From Eubacteriales bacterium (lineage in GTDB: Bacteria; Bacillota; Clostridia; Oscillospirales; CAG-272): a stretch of DNA of 64,000 bases. The notes under the pieces are model-generated. The model had not been told where the DNA came from. It made no database searches and saw only the letters and a program-made list of their open reading frames with translations. This document shows, in pieces, positions 45,901 through 55,915 of the stretch (position 1 is its first letter; each line of letters starts with the position of its first letter). The stretch lies in contig JAZQZG010000022.1 of the NCBI GenBank assembly GCA_045633925.1, forward strand, positions 12,171-76,170, read 5' to 3'. The translations under genes were made by a program, and so were the position numbers.

Positions 45901-47379
45901 TTAATTGGTTGGCTTCATCGTCGGGAAGAGAAGTACGTCACGAATAGAATCGCTGTCGGTGAGGAGCATTACAAGACGGTCAACTCCAAAGCCGAGACCT
46001 CCCGTAGGAGGCATGCCGTATTCAAGTGCGGTGATATAGTCATAGTCTACCTCAGCGCTCGAATTAGGCTCTGCAGCAAGCTTTGCTGCTACCTGTGACT
46101 CAAATCTCTGTCTCTGATCTATAGGGTCGTTGAGCTCGGAAAATGCGTTTCCAAACTCGGTTGCATTTATGAAGTACTCAAGGCGCTCGGTGAAGGCAGG
46201 ATCGTTAGGCTTTCTCTTTGCGAGAGGGCTGTTTTCTACGGGATAGTCGTAGATAAAGGTCGGCTGAATGAGCTTTTCTTCAACGTATGCGTCGAAAAAT
46301 TCAACGAGAACAGTTCCCTTGGTTGCGTTTGCGGGAACCTCTACGTGCTTTTCTTTTGCGGCTGCGCGGGCATCCTCGTCGGAGGTCCAATCGTTGTAAT
46401 CAACGCCGGCGTATTTTTTGACCGCCTCAACCATAGTAAGGCGTTCCCAGTTGCCCATATCTATCTGATGTCCCTGGTAGGGGATAACGAGTGAGCCGCA
46501 TACGCTCTGAGCCAAGTGCTTGTAGAGCTCCTCAACGAGGTCCATCATACCGTGGAAATCGGTGTATGCCTCGTAAAGCTCAACAGAGGTGAACTCGGGG
46601 TTGTGCTTTGTGTCCATACCTTCGTTTCTGAATATTCTACCTACCTCGTAAACTCTGTCCATACCGCCTACGATAAGACGCTTTAAGTAGAGCTCAGTCT
46701 CGATTCTGAGGTACATATCCATATCAAGAGTGTTATGGTGTGTAACGAAGGGACGCGCAGATGCGCCGATCTCACAGGGGGTAAGTATAGGAGTATCAAC
46801 CTCAAGATAACCCTTGCTGTCAAGGAAGGAACGGATCTCCTTCAAGATAAGCGAACGCTTAACGAAGGTATCCTTAACCTCGGGATTTACTATAAGATCA
46901 ACGTATCTCTGACGGTAACGAAGATCGGTATCGGTGAGTCCGTGGTATTTCTCGGGAAGGGGACGGAGAGACTTTGAGAGCATCTCCATATAGGTTGCGT
47001 GGATAGATACCTCGCCACTGTTGGTCTTGAAAACCGTACCCTTGATTCCTACGATGTCACCTATATCGTAATCCTTCTTAAAGGATGCGTATTCCTCTTC
47101 GCCTATATCCTGACGGGTAACGTATACCTGAATACCGCCGTTTCTGTCGGAGATGTTTGCAAAGGAAGCTTTACCCATAACACGTCTTGTCATAAGACGG
47201 CCTGCCAGGGTTACCTCTTTGCCCTCATACTCCTCAAAATTGCTTTTTATGTCTGCGGAAAATGCGGTTACGTCGAATCTTGTTTTTACGTAAGGATCCT
47301 TGCCTTCGTCAACAAGCTTCTGAAGCTTTGCGCGACGTACCTGCTCCTGCTCTGAAAGCGTAACGTTAATATCGCTCAT
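45901..47379 (-). CDS. lysS: lysine--tRNA ligase (class II)
   Basis: 492 aa. N-terminal OB domain and class II motifs (FRNEG; GGLGFGVDRLVMLLT). Confidence 0.95.
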   Translation of the reverse strand: MSDINVTLSEQEQVRRAKLQKLVDEGKDPYVKTRFDVTAFSADIKSNFEEYEGKEVTLAGRLMTRRVMGKASFANISDRNGGIQVYVTRQDIGEEEYASFKKDYDIGDIVGIKGTVFKTNSGEVSIHATYMEMLSKSLRPLPEKYHGLTDTDLRYRQRYVDLIVNPEVKDTFVKRSLILKEIRSFLDSKGYLEVDTPILTPCEIGASARPFVTHHNTLDMDMYLRIETELYLKRLIVGGMDRVYEVGRIFRNEGMDTKHNPEFTSVELYEAYTDFHGMMDLVEELYKHLAQSVCGSLVIPYQGHQIDMGNWERLTMVEAVKKYAGVDYNDWTSDEDARAAAKEKHVEVPANATKGTVLVEFFDAYVEEKLIQPTFIYDYPVENSPLAKRKPNDPAFTERLEYFINATEFGNAFSELNDPIDQRQRFESQVAAKLAAEPNSSAEVDYDYITALEYGMPPTGGLGFGVDRLVMLLTDSDSIRDVLLFPTMKPTN

Positions 47380-47476
47380 TTTTCGTCTCCTAAAAATAAA
47401 ATTATTCTAACCTATAAATTATACTATATTTTTTGTGTTCTGTCAAGCCCTCGAACAATAGGCACAAGTATTAATT

Positions 47477-49210
47477 TTAATATGCGTAACCTTTATCTTC
47501 AAGATTGGACAATACCGAGTCGGAAGACTGTATGCTTTTTTGGAATTTCGCGATAAGATCATTTTCAAATTGAACGAAGTCCTGTGAGAAAATTGTATCT
47601 ATAACGCGATACTTCCATTCGGGCGTTGAGTTCTGTTTTGCGTAAAGTGCAACCATATAAGAACCGTCTATCAAAGAAAAAGGTGTTTTTGTGTAGCTTC
47701 CTTCCGCAAGGTCTGTGTCAAAGAGCCATTCGTTAAATTTATCGACTTGCGAATGAAATATTGTTGTGATTAAGCCATTTTTTTCAGGTTCTCTAAAACC
47801 GCAAGCATAGGCGGGATTTGCATTAGAGTCTTTGTCAATGAGCCATTCGCGAGATTTATCGGATTGCGGATCAAGTACCGCGCAATCTTCTATAAAACCA
47901 TAAGCAGAGGCAGGATTGTCATTATTTTCTGCAAGCTTCAAAAAGCTGTCTTTATCAAGCTTGTCAATATTTTTTAAAGTCTCGATAGCATTTTTTGCCG
48001 AGCTCTCCGTCTCAAAGATAAGATAAGCGAAGTCGCGGGAAAGAGTTTCTAATTTGTAAGATGGCTTTATGAGCAATAATACGTCGGCGTAGAAGCTTCC
48101 ATAATCGATTTCTACCGTATTTCCGTCTGCTCCGTCACCTTCTTCAAATACTTTGCTGTCAAAAGGCTGTCTGGCTGAGTCAAATACCCAATTTTCTATA
48201 AGGTCTTCGCTGTCTCCGTAGTATATGCTTTGGTATAACGTGTTTTTATCGAAATCTGTGAAAGAGGCAACGAATTCGTTATATTCCTCTACGGTCTTTT
48301 TCTTGGCAAGTTCTTCTGCGTTTTTGCGCGCTTCTTCAATTTTTTCTTTGTATACGTTTTTTGCGGTTTCCGTTTGTTCGGAGGAGAGTTCATCAACGGA
48401 TCTGCCCGGATACAGTTCTTCTATTATGTCATCAAATTCTACTGTGAAAGAAAAATAAAGGTAATCTGCGTAATGGAAAAGATTTGGATTTTGGTTGTAG
48501 GTTGCATTTACTCTGTCGTTATCATTCTTTATTGAGGATTTGATTTCTTTTTGCTTTAAGTCTGACATTTTCTGAGAAAGCGCTTTTAGAGCTACAGCAT
48601 TCCATACGTCGCTTTTTGTGACGCCGTCACCGAAAGCTTTTGCGCAACAAAGGTCGTCGGACGTATCTGCTGAAAGCTGCATTGACGAGCGAGCCGAAAG
48701 GATGATTTTATTAACCGCACTGTCTACAGCCTTTTTATCTGCATCGTCAAGCTCAACGCCTGCGTCCTTAGCGGCAGCCGCGTATACGAGATACTGAGAT
48801 ACTGTGTTCTTGGTTGTTTCAAGAACATAATCGTACCAGGTGGTTTTTCCGTCATAGTAGGATTGCTCTTTAAGACTCTTTTCGGGGTCTATTCCCATAA
48901 GATCATAGGGATTTCCGAGCTCATTTGCGTACTGATTATATACGTTGTTTATCAGATTGATGTAATAGGTTCTGAAGAAATAGGACATCATATTTTTAGT
49001 TACTGTGATGGAGTTGAGCTTCATCGCAACTTTAGAAGTACTATCTTCGGTTTTGTTGGTTTCTTCAGTGTTTTGAGGTTCGGTGTTTTGCGATTCGGTG
49101 TTTTTATCGGTATCTTCGGGCGATGTTGTATCGCCGCATGCCGTGAAAATGAGTGAGAAGATAAGCGTAAGAACGCATAAAATGCATATAAATTTTAGTG
49201 GTTTTTTCAT
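47477..49210 (-). CDS. PrsA/SurA-N-like extracytoplasmic lipoprotein, paralog 1 (most divergent)
   Basis: 577 aa. Lipobox FTAC. LNSITVTKNMMSYFFRTYY...TWYDYVL...AAAKDAGVELDD pattern shared with paralogs 2 and 3. The functional assignment is tentative. Confidence 0.45.
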   Translation of the reverse strand: MKKPLKFICILCVLTLIFSLIFTACGDTTSPEDTDKNTESQNTEPQNTEETNKTEDSTSKVAMKLNSITVTKNMMSYFFRTYYINLINNVYNQYANELGNPYDLMGIDPEKSLKEQSYYDGKTTWYDYVLETTKNTVSQYLVYAAAAKDAGVELDDADKKAVDSAVNKIILSARSSMQLSADTSDDLCCAKAFGDGVTKSDVWNAVALKALSQKMSDLKQKEIKSSIKNDNDRVNATYNQNPNLFHYADYLYFSFTVEFDDIIEELYPGRSVDELSSEQTETAKNVYKEKIEEARKNAEELAKKKTVEEYNEFVASFTDFDKNTLYQSIYYGDSEDLIENWVFDSARQPFDSKVFEEGDGADGNTVEIDYGSFYADVLLLIKPSYKLETLSRDFAYLIFETESSAKNAIETLKNIDKLDKDSFLKLAENNDNPASAYGFIEDCAVLDPQSDKSREWLIDKDSNANPAYACGFREPEKNGLITTIFHSQVDKFNEWLFDTDLAEGSYTKTPFSLIDGSYMVALYAKQNSTPEWKYRVIDTIFSQDFVQFENDLIAKFQKSIQSSDSVLSNLEDKGYAY

Positions 49211-49296
49211 AAGTTATACCTTGCAAAAATGATTATTGTTTTAACGGGTCAAGTACCAATTTATCTGCTTCGAGCAGTGAAGGTTTTGGCTTTTGA

Positions 49297-51195
49297 TTAA
49301 TACGTGGAAGCAGAAGCGTTAAGGTTGTTTGTTGCTTCGGTGTTTTCTACAATCTGAGGTGTGTATTTGTTCGTCAGTTCTTCCTCGGATTTTATGTAGT
49401 CTTCATCTGCGAGATATTGTATTACGTTGTATTTCCACTCGGGTATGTTGTTTTGCTTTACGCAGAGAGCAACCATGTAGGAACCGTTGCCCATATCTAT
49501 AATTTCTTTGGTGTAATCACCGGGCTTGGTGTTCTCCGAGAAGAGCCATTCATCGAATTCGTAGTTTTCCATAAGACCGATTGCAAAATTCTCAATGAGT
49601 TGGGATCCGTATGCCGGATTTGTCTCGCTTGATGCGAGTGCCAAGAAATTATCCGTGGTAAGATTTTCTATCTTTGCAACTTCAGTGATTGCAGTTTTTG
49701 CAGCCTCCTCGGATGTGAAGATAAGATATGCAAAGTCGCGGGTGAGAGTGAGATCTTTGTAAGGTGATTTTGTGAGAGTTATTACTTGAGCGGAGAATTT
49801 TTTGCTATTTAAATCGTCTATCTTAGCGCCATCTGCACCGTCACCGGACTCGAAGATCGTCTTTTCGCCGTCAACTCTTGCTTTGTCGAATGCCCATACG
49901 CTGATCTCGTCATCTGCAGCGCCTTCTTTGGACTCGTAGTAGTAGATTCTTTCGCAGTTGGCTGAATCAAGAATTGCAACAACGGTGGAAAAGAGATTTT
50001 CTTTTGTGTTCTTTATTGCTGCAGCAAATTCGGGTGTTACTGCAATATCGTAAATCAGTTGTATCGATTCATCTTCCGAATCGGATTTTACGTCATTAAT
50101 TGCCTCGGGTTCACCGTTTGAAATTTCATTAATGACGTTTGTGATAAGCGTTTTCTTGATATGATAAAGGTCTTCTTCTATGGGAAGCTTGTCATATCTA
50201 AGGTTTTTAACCTGTATGTCGTAGATGCCGTTATATTCCTCGTTGGCGGTGAATTCGGCGATCATTGATTTGAAATCAACGAGCGTGGCTTTGCTTGCAA
50301 GAGCTTCGGCGTTTGCTCGAGCCTTCTCAATCTTCTCCTTGTAAAGAGCAAGAACTACTTCTTTTTCCTCGTCGGTGAGATCTTCTGCATATTTATCTAT
50401 TCCGTATTTTTCAGAGACTACGTCATCATAGTAAACGTCAAATGAGAATGAATAGTAGTCTACGTAACTAAAGAGATGTGGTTTTTCCTCGAATAATTCG
50501 TTTATACGGGTTTCATCTCCTTCGACAGCAGCGGTAATGGTTTCGCTGAGATGCGTATACATCTTGGTTGCAAGAGCCTGAAGCTCAAGTGCATCACGCA
50601 CGTCGGCTGCGCGTATACCTTTTCCGAATGCAAGCTCACAGCATGCGTCAGCAGTGTAGGAGGTAGCGCCGGTAGAAGATTTAATGCTTGCAATTACGTT
50701 GTCAAGCTCGGAGTCAACAGCAGCCTGATCGGTGTCGTTGAGCGCTACGTCGGCTTTCTTTGCTGCAGCGGCGAACATAAGATATTCAGTTACCTGCTCT
50801 TTGGTTAAATTGAGAATTGTATTATACCAAGTGTCATTGCCCGCAACACCGTAATAGGGCTGATCCTTGAGGCTCTTTGTAGCATCGGGGTAGCTATATC
50901 CCAAAGCTGAGGTGTCGATACCGTAGAGTTCATAATAATAAAGAGTATTCTCCAAATTGCTCAAGTCGTTCATGTAGTTTACTCTAAAGAAGTACGTCAT
51001 CATTTTTTGAGTTACTTCAATACCATTGAGAGACATCGCCGTTATATTGGGTGTCTCTTCATCGTTTTTTTCTATTGAAGACTCCTCTTCGTTGTTTTTT
51101 TCAGTTGTGGAATTGTCTTCGCATGCTGAAAAAATGAGTGAGCATGCAATTGCGAGAACGCATAAGAGACAGATGATTTTAATCGGTTTTTGCAT
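49297..51195 (-). CDS. PrsA/SurA-N-like extracytoplasmic lipoprotein, paralog 2
   Basis: 632 aa. Lipobox FSAC. RBS AAGGAGAA. Collinear with paralog 3 over its whole length. Confidence 0.45.
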   Translation of the reverse strand: MQKPIKIICLLCVLAIACSLIFSACEDNSTTEKNNEEESSIEKNDEETPNITAMSLNGIEVTQKMMTYFFRVNYMNDLSNLENTLYYYELYGIDTSALGYSYPDATKSLKDQPYYGVAGNDTWYNTILNLTKEQVTEYLMFAAAAKKADVALNDTDQAAVDSELDNVIASIKSSTGATSYTADACCELAFGKGIRAADVRDALELQALATKMYTHLSETITAAVEGDETRINELFEEKPHLFSYVDYYSFSFDVYYDDVVSEKYGIDKYAEDLTDEEKEVVLALYKEKIEKARANAEALASKATLVDFKSMIAEFTANEEYNGIYDIQVKNLRYDKLPIEEDLYHIKKTLITNVINEISNGEPEAINDVKSDSEDESIQLIYDIAVTPEFAAAIKNTKENLFSTVVAILDSANCERIYYYESKEGAADDEISVWAFDKARVDGEKTIFESGDGADGAKIDDLNSKKFSAQVITLTKSPYKDLTLTRDFAYLIFTSEEAAKTAITEVAKIENLTTDNFLALASSETNPAYGSQLIENFAIGLMENYEFDEWLFSENTKPGDYTKEIIDMGNGSYMVALCVKQNNIPEWKYNVIQYLADEDYIKSEEELTNKYTPQIVENTEATNNLNASASTY

Positions 51196-51237
51196 GTTTT
51201 CTCCTTGGATTTGTACGTTGCGTGTTGTGTATGTTGA

Positions 51238-51888
51238 TTATTTTTTGATTTCAAGCGTTAATTTATCTGCTTCGAGCAGTGCGTGAGCCTGCATAAGAGA
51301 TCCTACGTTGATTTCCTTTTCGGCTTTGCAACATTTACAGCTGATGCGCAGAGAATCTGCAAAGAATTCTATTTCGTAGTCTCCCTCAGTATCGGCAGGG
51401 CAATTACATTCTATTTTACCTTCTTCATCAAGTTCACGTATTACGTAGGTGAGGATCTCGGTGATTTCGGGATTCATCGCGCTACTCTCTCCGCTCTTTA
51501 ACTGATCAAAGCTTTCTATTCCGCTTTTTTCGAGCAGTTCTATAAGCTCAAGCTCGGATCTTGCAAGTTCTGCTTTTACCTTGTTTTCTTCGCCCGAAAC
51601 GGCTATCGTCAGGTCGGAATAAGGGCAGGGGAGAATGAAAAGTTCGTCTTTGAAAAATACCGAGGTCGAGACCGTAAAGTGGTGCGGATTTGGGCAGAGA
51701 ACGCAGGGAACAGAGAGGCGCACTTTAGAGTCCTTTGTGTAGTTGACTGTCATTGCGCTCTGTCCGCAGTCGCATTTGAGCTTTAACATATCTGCGCTTA
51801 GATTGAAAAGTCCGACTACGCTCATAATTCCCGCTCCGCAGGAAGGGCATCTGTATGCAAGTGTGGTATTCTTGGGATCTAAAATCAT
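51238..51888 (-). CDS. Cys-rich (zinc-ribbon-like) cytoplasmic protein of unknown function
   Basis: 216 aa. CPSCGAG...CDCG, CVLCPNPHH and C.C...CKCC clusters with a central coiled acidic segment. RBS GAGGT. Confidence 0.5.
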   Translation of the reverse strand: MILDPKNTTLAYRCPSCGAGIMSVVGLFNLSADMLKLKCDCGQSAMTVNYTKDSKVRLSVPCVLCPNPHHFTVSTSVFFKDELFILPCPYSDLTIAVSGEENKVKAELARSELELIELLEKSGIESFDQLKSGESSAMNPEITEILTYVIRELDEEGKIECNCPADTEGDYEIEFFADSLRISCKCCKAEKEINVGSLMQAHALLEADKLTLEIKK

Positions 51889-51980
51889 ATTTACCTCATT
51901 AATAATTTAAATGGGGCTGTCGCATCAAACGCAGATATCTGCTACTGAGTGCGTCAGCCCCTTGTTTTTTTAATTAATAA

Positions 51981-53912
51981 TTAATATACGTAAGCAGAAT
52001 CCTTAAGTCCGTCCATTACGGAGGGGCTTGCTGCTATCTTGTTCTGGAATTCATTCGTAATATCCTGAGTTGCCTTGGTGTAGTCCTCATTTGCAAGGTA
52101 GTCTATTACAAGAGTTTTCCACTCGGGAGTGGTGTTCTGCTTTACATAGAGAGCAACCATGTAGGAACCGTCGTTCATCTTTATAGCTTCTTTTGTGTAG
52201 CTACCGGGCTTGGTGTTTGCGGAGAAGAGCCATTCGTCAAAATCTTCGCTGCCCATAGCACCTACCGGGTAGTCCTTCATAGACTGGTAAGCGCTTGCGG
52301 GATTTGACTCACTGGATGCGAGGGCCAAGAATTTATCTTCGTCGAGTCCCTCGATCTTTTCAAGCTCGGTCAAAGCTGCTTTTGCAGCAGTCTCAGAGGT
52401 GTAGAGAAGGTATGCAAAGTCGCGAGAACGGGTGAGATCCTTGTAAGGAGTCTTTACAAGAACTATTACCTGAGCGGAGAAGTTCTTGCTCTTTAAATCG
52501 TCTATCTTAGTGTCATCTGCACCGTCACCGGACTCGAAAATCTTCTTCTCACCGGTTACTCTTGTGCTGTCGAATGCCCATACGCTGATCTTGTCATCTG
52601 CCGCACCCTCGGAGGACTCATAGTATGCAGCTCTTTCAACGTCAGCCGTATCAAGAATGGTTACTACCGAAGCGAAAAGGTTGTTCTTTGTAGCCTTTAT
52701 TGCATCGGAGAACTTCTGAGATATCTGTATGTCGTAAATAGTGTACGTGTAATCTGCGCTATCAGTAGCACCCTCAGGCTTTGAAGATCTTACGTCGTTG
52801 ATTGCCTCGGGCTCACCGTTTGCTATCTCTTCAATAACTTTTGCAATAAGAGTGTTCTTGATAATAGCAATATTTTCTTCGCTGGGAAGATCCTCGGATT
52901 TGAGATCTTCTACCTGCTTGTTGTAGATGTCGGCGTACTCTTCGTTGGTGCTGAATTCTGTGATCATCTCTTTGAAATCAATAAGAGTGTTCTTTCCTGA
53001 GAGAGCCTCAGCGTTTGCGCGAGCCTTCTCGATCTTTTCTTTGTAAAGAGCAAGAACTTCTGCTTTTTCCGCTTCAGTGAGGTCAGATTCCTTCTTATCG
53101 CTTCCATACTTTTCAGTAATTACATCCGTGTAGTGTACGTCAAAAGAGAATGCGTAGTAGTCTACGTAAGAGAATTTATTGGGGGTTTTGTTATACTGCT
53201 CGTCTATACGAGTATCATCTCCTTTGACAGCAGCGGTAATGGTTTCGCTGAGATGCGCATACATCTTGGTTGCAAGAGCCTGAAGCTCAAGTGCATCACG
53301 AATATCCTCTGCAGTTACACCTTCGCCGAAAGCGAGCTCACAGCATGCATCAGCAGTGTAGGAGGTAGCGCCGGTAGAAGATCTAATGCTTGCAATTACG
53401 TTGTCAAGCTCGGAGTCAACAGCAGCCTGATCTGTGTCGTTGAGTGCTACGCCGGCTTTCTTTGCTGCAGCGGCGAACATAAGATATTCAGCTACCTGCT
53501 CTTTGGTTGATGCAAGGATAGTGTTATACCAAGTGTCGCTGCCCGCAACACCGTGATAGGGCTGATCCTTAAGGCTCTTTGTAGTATCGGGATAGCTATA
53601 TCCTAAAGCTGAGGAGTCGATACCGTAGAGTTCATAATAATAAAGAGTATTCTCCAAATTGCTCAAGTCGTTCATGTAGTTTACTCTGAAGAAGTATGCC
53701 ATCATGTTCTGATTTACCTTGATGTCATCAATTCCCATAGCAAGGCTGTTACGACCGATAACTCCACTTGAGAAAATTGCTGTGCAAACACATACGGCAA
53801 CAACTGCAAGTGTTACTATGATGATGATGATTGAGAGCAACCAGTTAGGAATTCCGCTCGTACCTTTAGAAGAGCGAGATTTTTTGTTTTTTGAAATTTT
53901 TAACTTTCCCAT
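51981..53912 (-). CDS. PrsA/SurA-N-like protein, paralog 3, with N-terminal TM anchor instead of lipobox
   Basis: I chose the ATG at 53912 (MGKLKISKNKK...; RBS AAGGTGG 8 nt upstream) over the GTG at 53924. Basic N-terminus plus one TM helix, then high identity to paralog 2. Confidence 0.45.
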   Translation of the reverse strand: MGKLKISKNKKSRSSKGTSGIPNWLLSIIIIIVTLAVVAVCVCTAIFSSGVIGRNSLAMGIDDIKVNQNMMAYFFRVNYMNDLSNLENTLYYYELYGIDSSALGYSYPDTTKSLKDQPYHGVAGSDTWYNTILASTKEQVAEYLMFAAAAKKAGVALNDTDQAAVDSELDNVIASIRSSTGATSYTADACCELAFGEGVTAEDIRDALELQALATKMYAHLSETITAAVKGDDTRIDEQYNKTPNKFSYVDYYAFSFDVHYTDVITEKYGSDKKESDLTEAEKAEVLALYKEKIEKARANAEALSGKNTLIDFKEMITEFSTNEEYADIYNKQVEDLKSEDLPSEENIAIIKNTLIAKVIEEIANGEPEAINDVRSSKPEGATDSADYTYTIYDIQISQKFSDAIKATKNNLFASVVTILDTADVERAAYYESSEGAADDKISVWAFDSTRVTGEKKIFESGDGADDTKIDDLKSKNFSAQVIVLVKTPYKDLTRSRDFAYLLYTSETAAKAALTELEKIEGLDEDKFLALASSESNPASAYQSMKDYPVGAMGSEDFDEWLFSANTKPGSYTKEAIKMNDGSYMVALYVKQNTTPEWKTLVIDYLANEDYTKATQDITNEFQNKIAASPSVMDGLKDSAYVY

Positions 53913-54065
53913 TTTCGGGTCCACCTTTTTATATTTATTTCGTTTATATTATATAAGTACAAAAGTACCTTTACATTATACAATGATAGAATGATTAAAT
54001 GTTGAATTTTTTATGAACAAATTTTGAATTATGTGCGCATTTTATTATTTGTTTAAAGATGAGCG

Positions 54066-55739
54066 TTAAGAATCGGATATTATTGGAAGAACCATTGGGC
54101 GTCTCTTTGTTTTTGCGTAGAGATATTTTGTGAGATCTTCCTTTATTCGGTTCTTCATTTCCATGCGGTCGGGTTTTCTTCCGTTGAGAGAGTTGCAGAT
54201 GCTTTCCTCTGCTATCTGACGTATCTCTTCCATAAGATCTTCCGCCTCTCTGACGTATACAAAGCCACGGGAGACGATATCGGGCCCCGAGAGGATCATT
54301 CCTTCTCGTATATCGACGGTTGCGACGACAACTATAAGTCCGTCCTGAGAGAGATGTCTTCTGTCGTTCAGCACGATGTTTCCAACGTCTCCAACGCCGT
54401 ATCCGTCAACGAGAACTCTGCCTGCGGGAACCGTTCCGTTGAATTTTGCGCTCTTTTTGTCAAGCTCAAGAACCTTTCCTATTCCTGAGATAAAGATCTT
54501 GTTGCTTGGTATTCCTACCTCTTCGGCGAGCTCCTTGCTTGCGGCAAGGTGTCTGTGCTCTCCGTGTATAGGCATAAAGAATTTTGGCTTTATTAGCGAG
54601 GTGAGGAGCTTCAGCTCGTCTCTGTAGGCGTGTCCCGAAACGTGAACCTCAAGCGAGGAATCTCTTGCTACGTCAACGCCGTTCTTTATGAGTTCGTTGA
54701 TGATTCTGCTTATTAGCTTTTCATTTCCCGGAATAGGGCTTGAGGAGAGAACCACGAGGTCTTGAGCGCCAAGTGTTACTTGAGCGTGATCTCCCGTTGC
54801 CATTCGGTAGAGCGCCGACATAGGCTCACCTTGGCTTCCTGTGGTGATTATAGTGAGCTCGTTGGGCTTGAAGCGCTTGACTTCGTTTATATCAACGAGA
54901 AGTCCTTCGGGCACGTTCATATATCCAAGTCTTACGGCGGCTTTCACTATGTTGAGCATACTGCGTCCGGTGATCGCTACCTTTCTTGAGTGCTTTGCGC
55001 TCGCATCGATTATCTGTTGAACTCGATGAACGTTTGACGAGAACGTAGCTATAATTATTCTCTTGGATTTGTTGAGGGTGAAGATGTATTCAAGCGATTT
55101 TCCAACAGATTTCTCCGACGGTGAATATCCTTGTCGCTCGGAGTTTGTGGACTCACACATAAAGAGCAGTACACCTTGGCGGCCAAGCTCGCCAAAGCGT
55201 GTGAGGTCTATCATATCACCATCGATGGGGGTTACATCCATCTTAAGGTCTCCCGAGTGTATGAGAACGCCGTGTGGCGTTGTGATAGCGAGTGCGCAGG
55301 CATCGGCTATCGAGTGGTTTACGTGTATAAATTCAACCGAGAAAACACCGAGCTTTATTACGTCTTTTGCCTCGACACAGTTGAATTTTGGTGTGTGGGG
55401 AAGCGAATGCTCGGAGAGCTTGTTTTCAAGAATGCCAAGTGTGAGGCGAGTGCCGTATATAGGAGGATTTATCTGACGCAGAATGTAGGGGATTGCGCCT
55501 ATATGGTCCTCGTGACCGTGAGTGAGCACGAGTCCTCGTATTTTTGATGCGTTTTCCTCAAGATACGTGATGTCGGGAATAACGAGGTCGATTCCCAGCA
55601 TATCGTCATCGGGAAATCCGAGACCGCAATCAACGATTATTATATCGTTTGCGTACTCTATGACGGTGATGTTTTTTCCGATCTCACCAAGACCGCCAAG
55701 AGGAATTATTTTGAGTTTATTACTTTCTTTTTTTGACAT
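54066..55739 (-). CDS. rnj: ribonuclease J
   Basis: 557 aa. LKIIPLGGLGEIGKN, the metallo-beta-lactamase motif HGHEDHIGA, and beta-CASP and C-terminal domains. Confidence 0.92.
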   Translation of the reverse strand: MSKKESNKLKIIPLGGLGEIGKNITVIEYANDIIIVDCGLGFPDDDMLGIDLVIPDITYLEENASKIRGLVLTHGHEDHIGAIPYILRQINPPIYGTRLTLGILENKLSEHSLPHTPKFNCVEAKDVIKLGVFSVEFIHVNHSIADACALAITTPHGVLIHSGDLKMDVTPIDGDMIDLTRFGELGRQGVLLFMCESTNSERQGYSPSEKSVGKSLEYIFTLNKSKRIIIATFSSNVHRVQQIIDASAKHSRKVAITGRSMLNIVKAAVRLGYMNVPEGLLVDINEVKRFKPNELTIITTGSQGEPMSALYRMATGDHAQVTLGAQDLVVLSSSPIPGNEKLISRIINELIKNGVDVARDSSLEVHVSGHAYRDELKLLTSLIKPKFFMPIHGEHRHLAASKELAEEVGIPSNKIFISGIGKVLELDKKSAKFNGTVPAGRVLVDGYGVGDVGNIVLNDRRHLSQDGLIVVVATVDIREGMILSGPDIVSRGFVYVREAEDLMEEIRQIAEESICNSLNGRKPDRMEMKNRIKEDLTKYLYAKTKRRPMVLPIISDS

Positions 55740-55873
55740 GAATTCTCCTTCTTTAGTTTTGCGAGGATATAGTTATCCCTTTTGCGTGGGTGTTGCGTTC
55801 ATTGTCAAACCTTAAGACACAGTACCGCTCCCTGTGACGGCTCGTTTGACGGTGAGCCTTAAATCTTAGATAG

Positions 55874-55902
55874 ATTATACCACAAAGCTTTGAAATTGTC
55901 AA
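55874..55902 (-). promoter_or_regulatory. sigmaA-like promoter for rnj
   Basis: Reverse strand: TTGACA (55902-55897), 17-nt spacer, TATAAT (55879-55874). Implies a leader of about 130 nt. Confidence 0.5.
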
Positions 55903-55915
55903 TGTTTTGCGTTTT

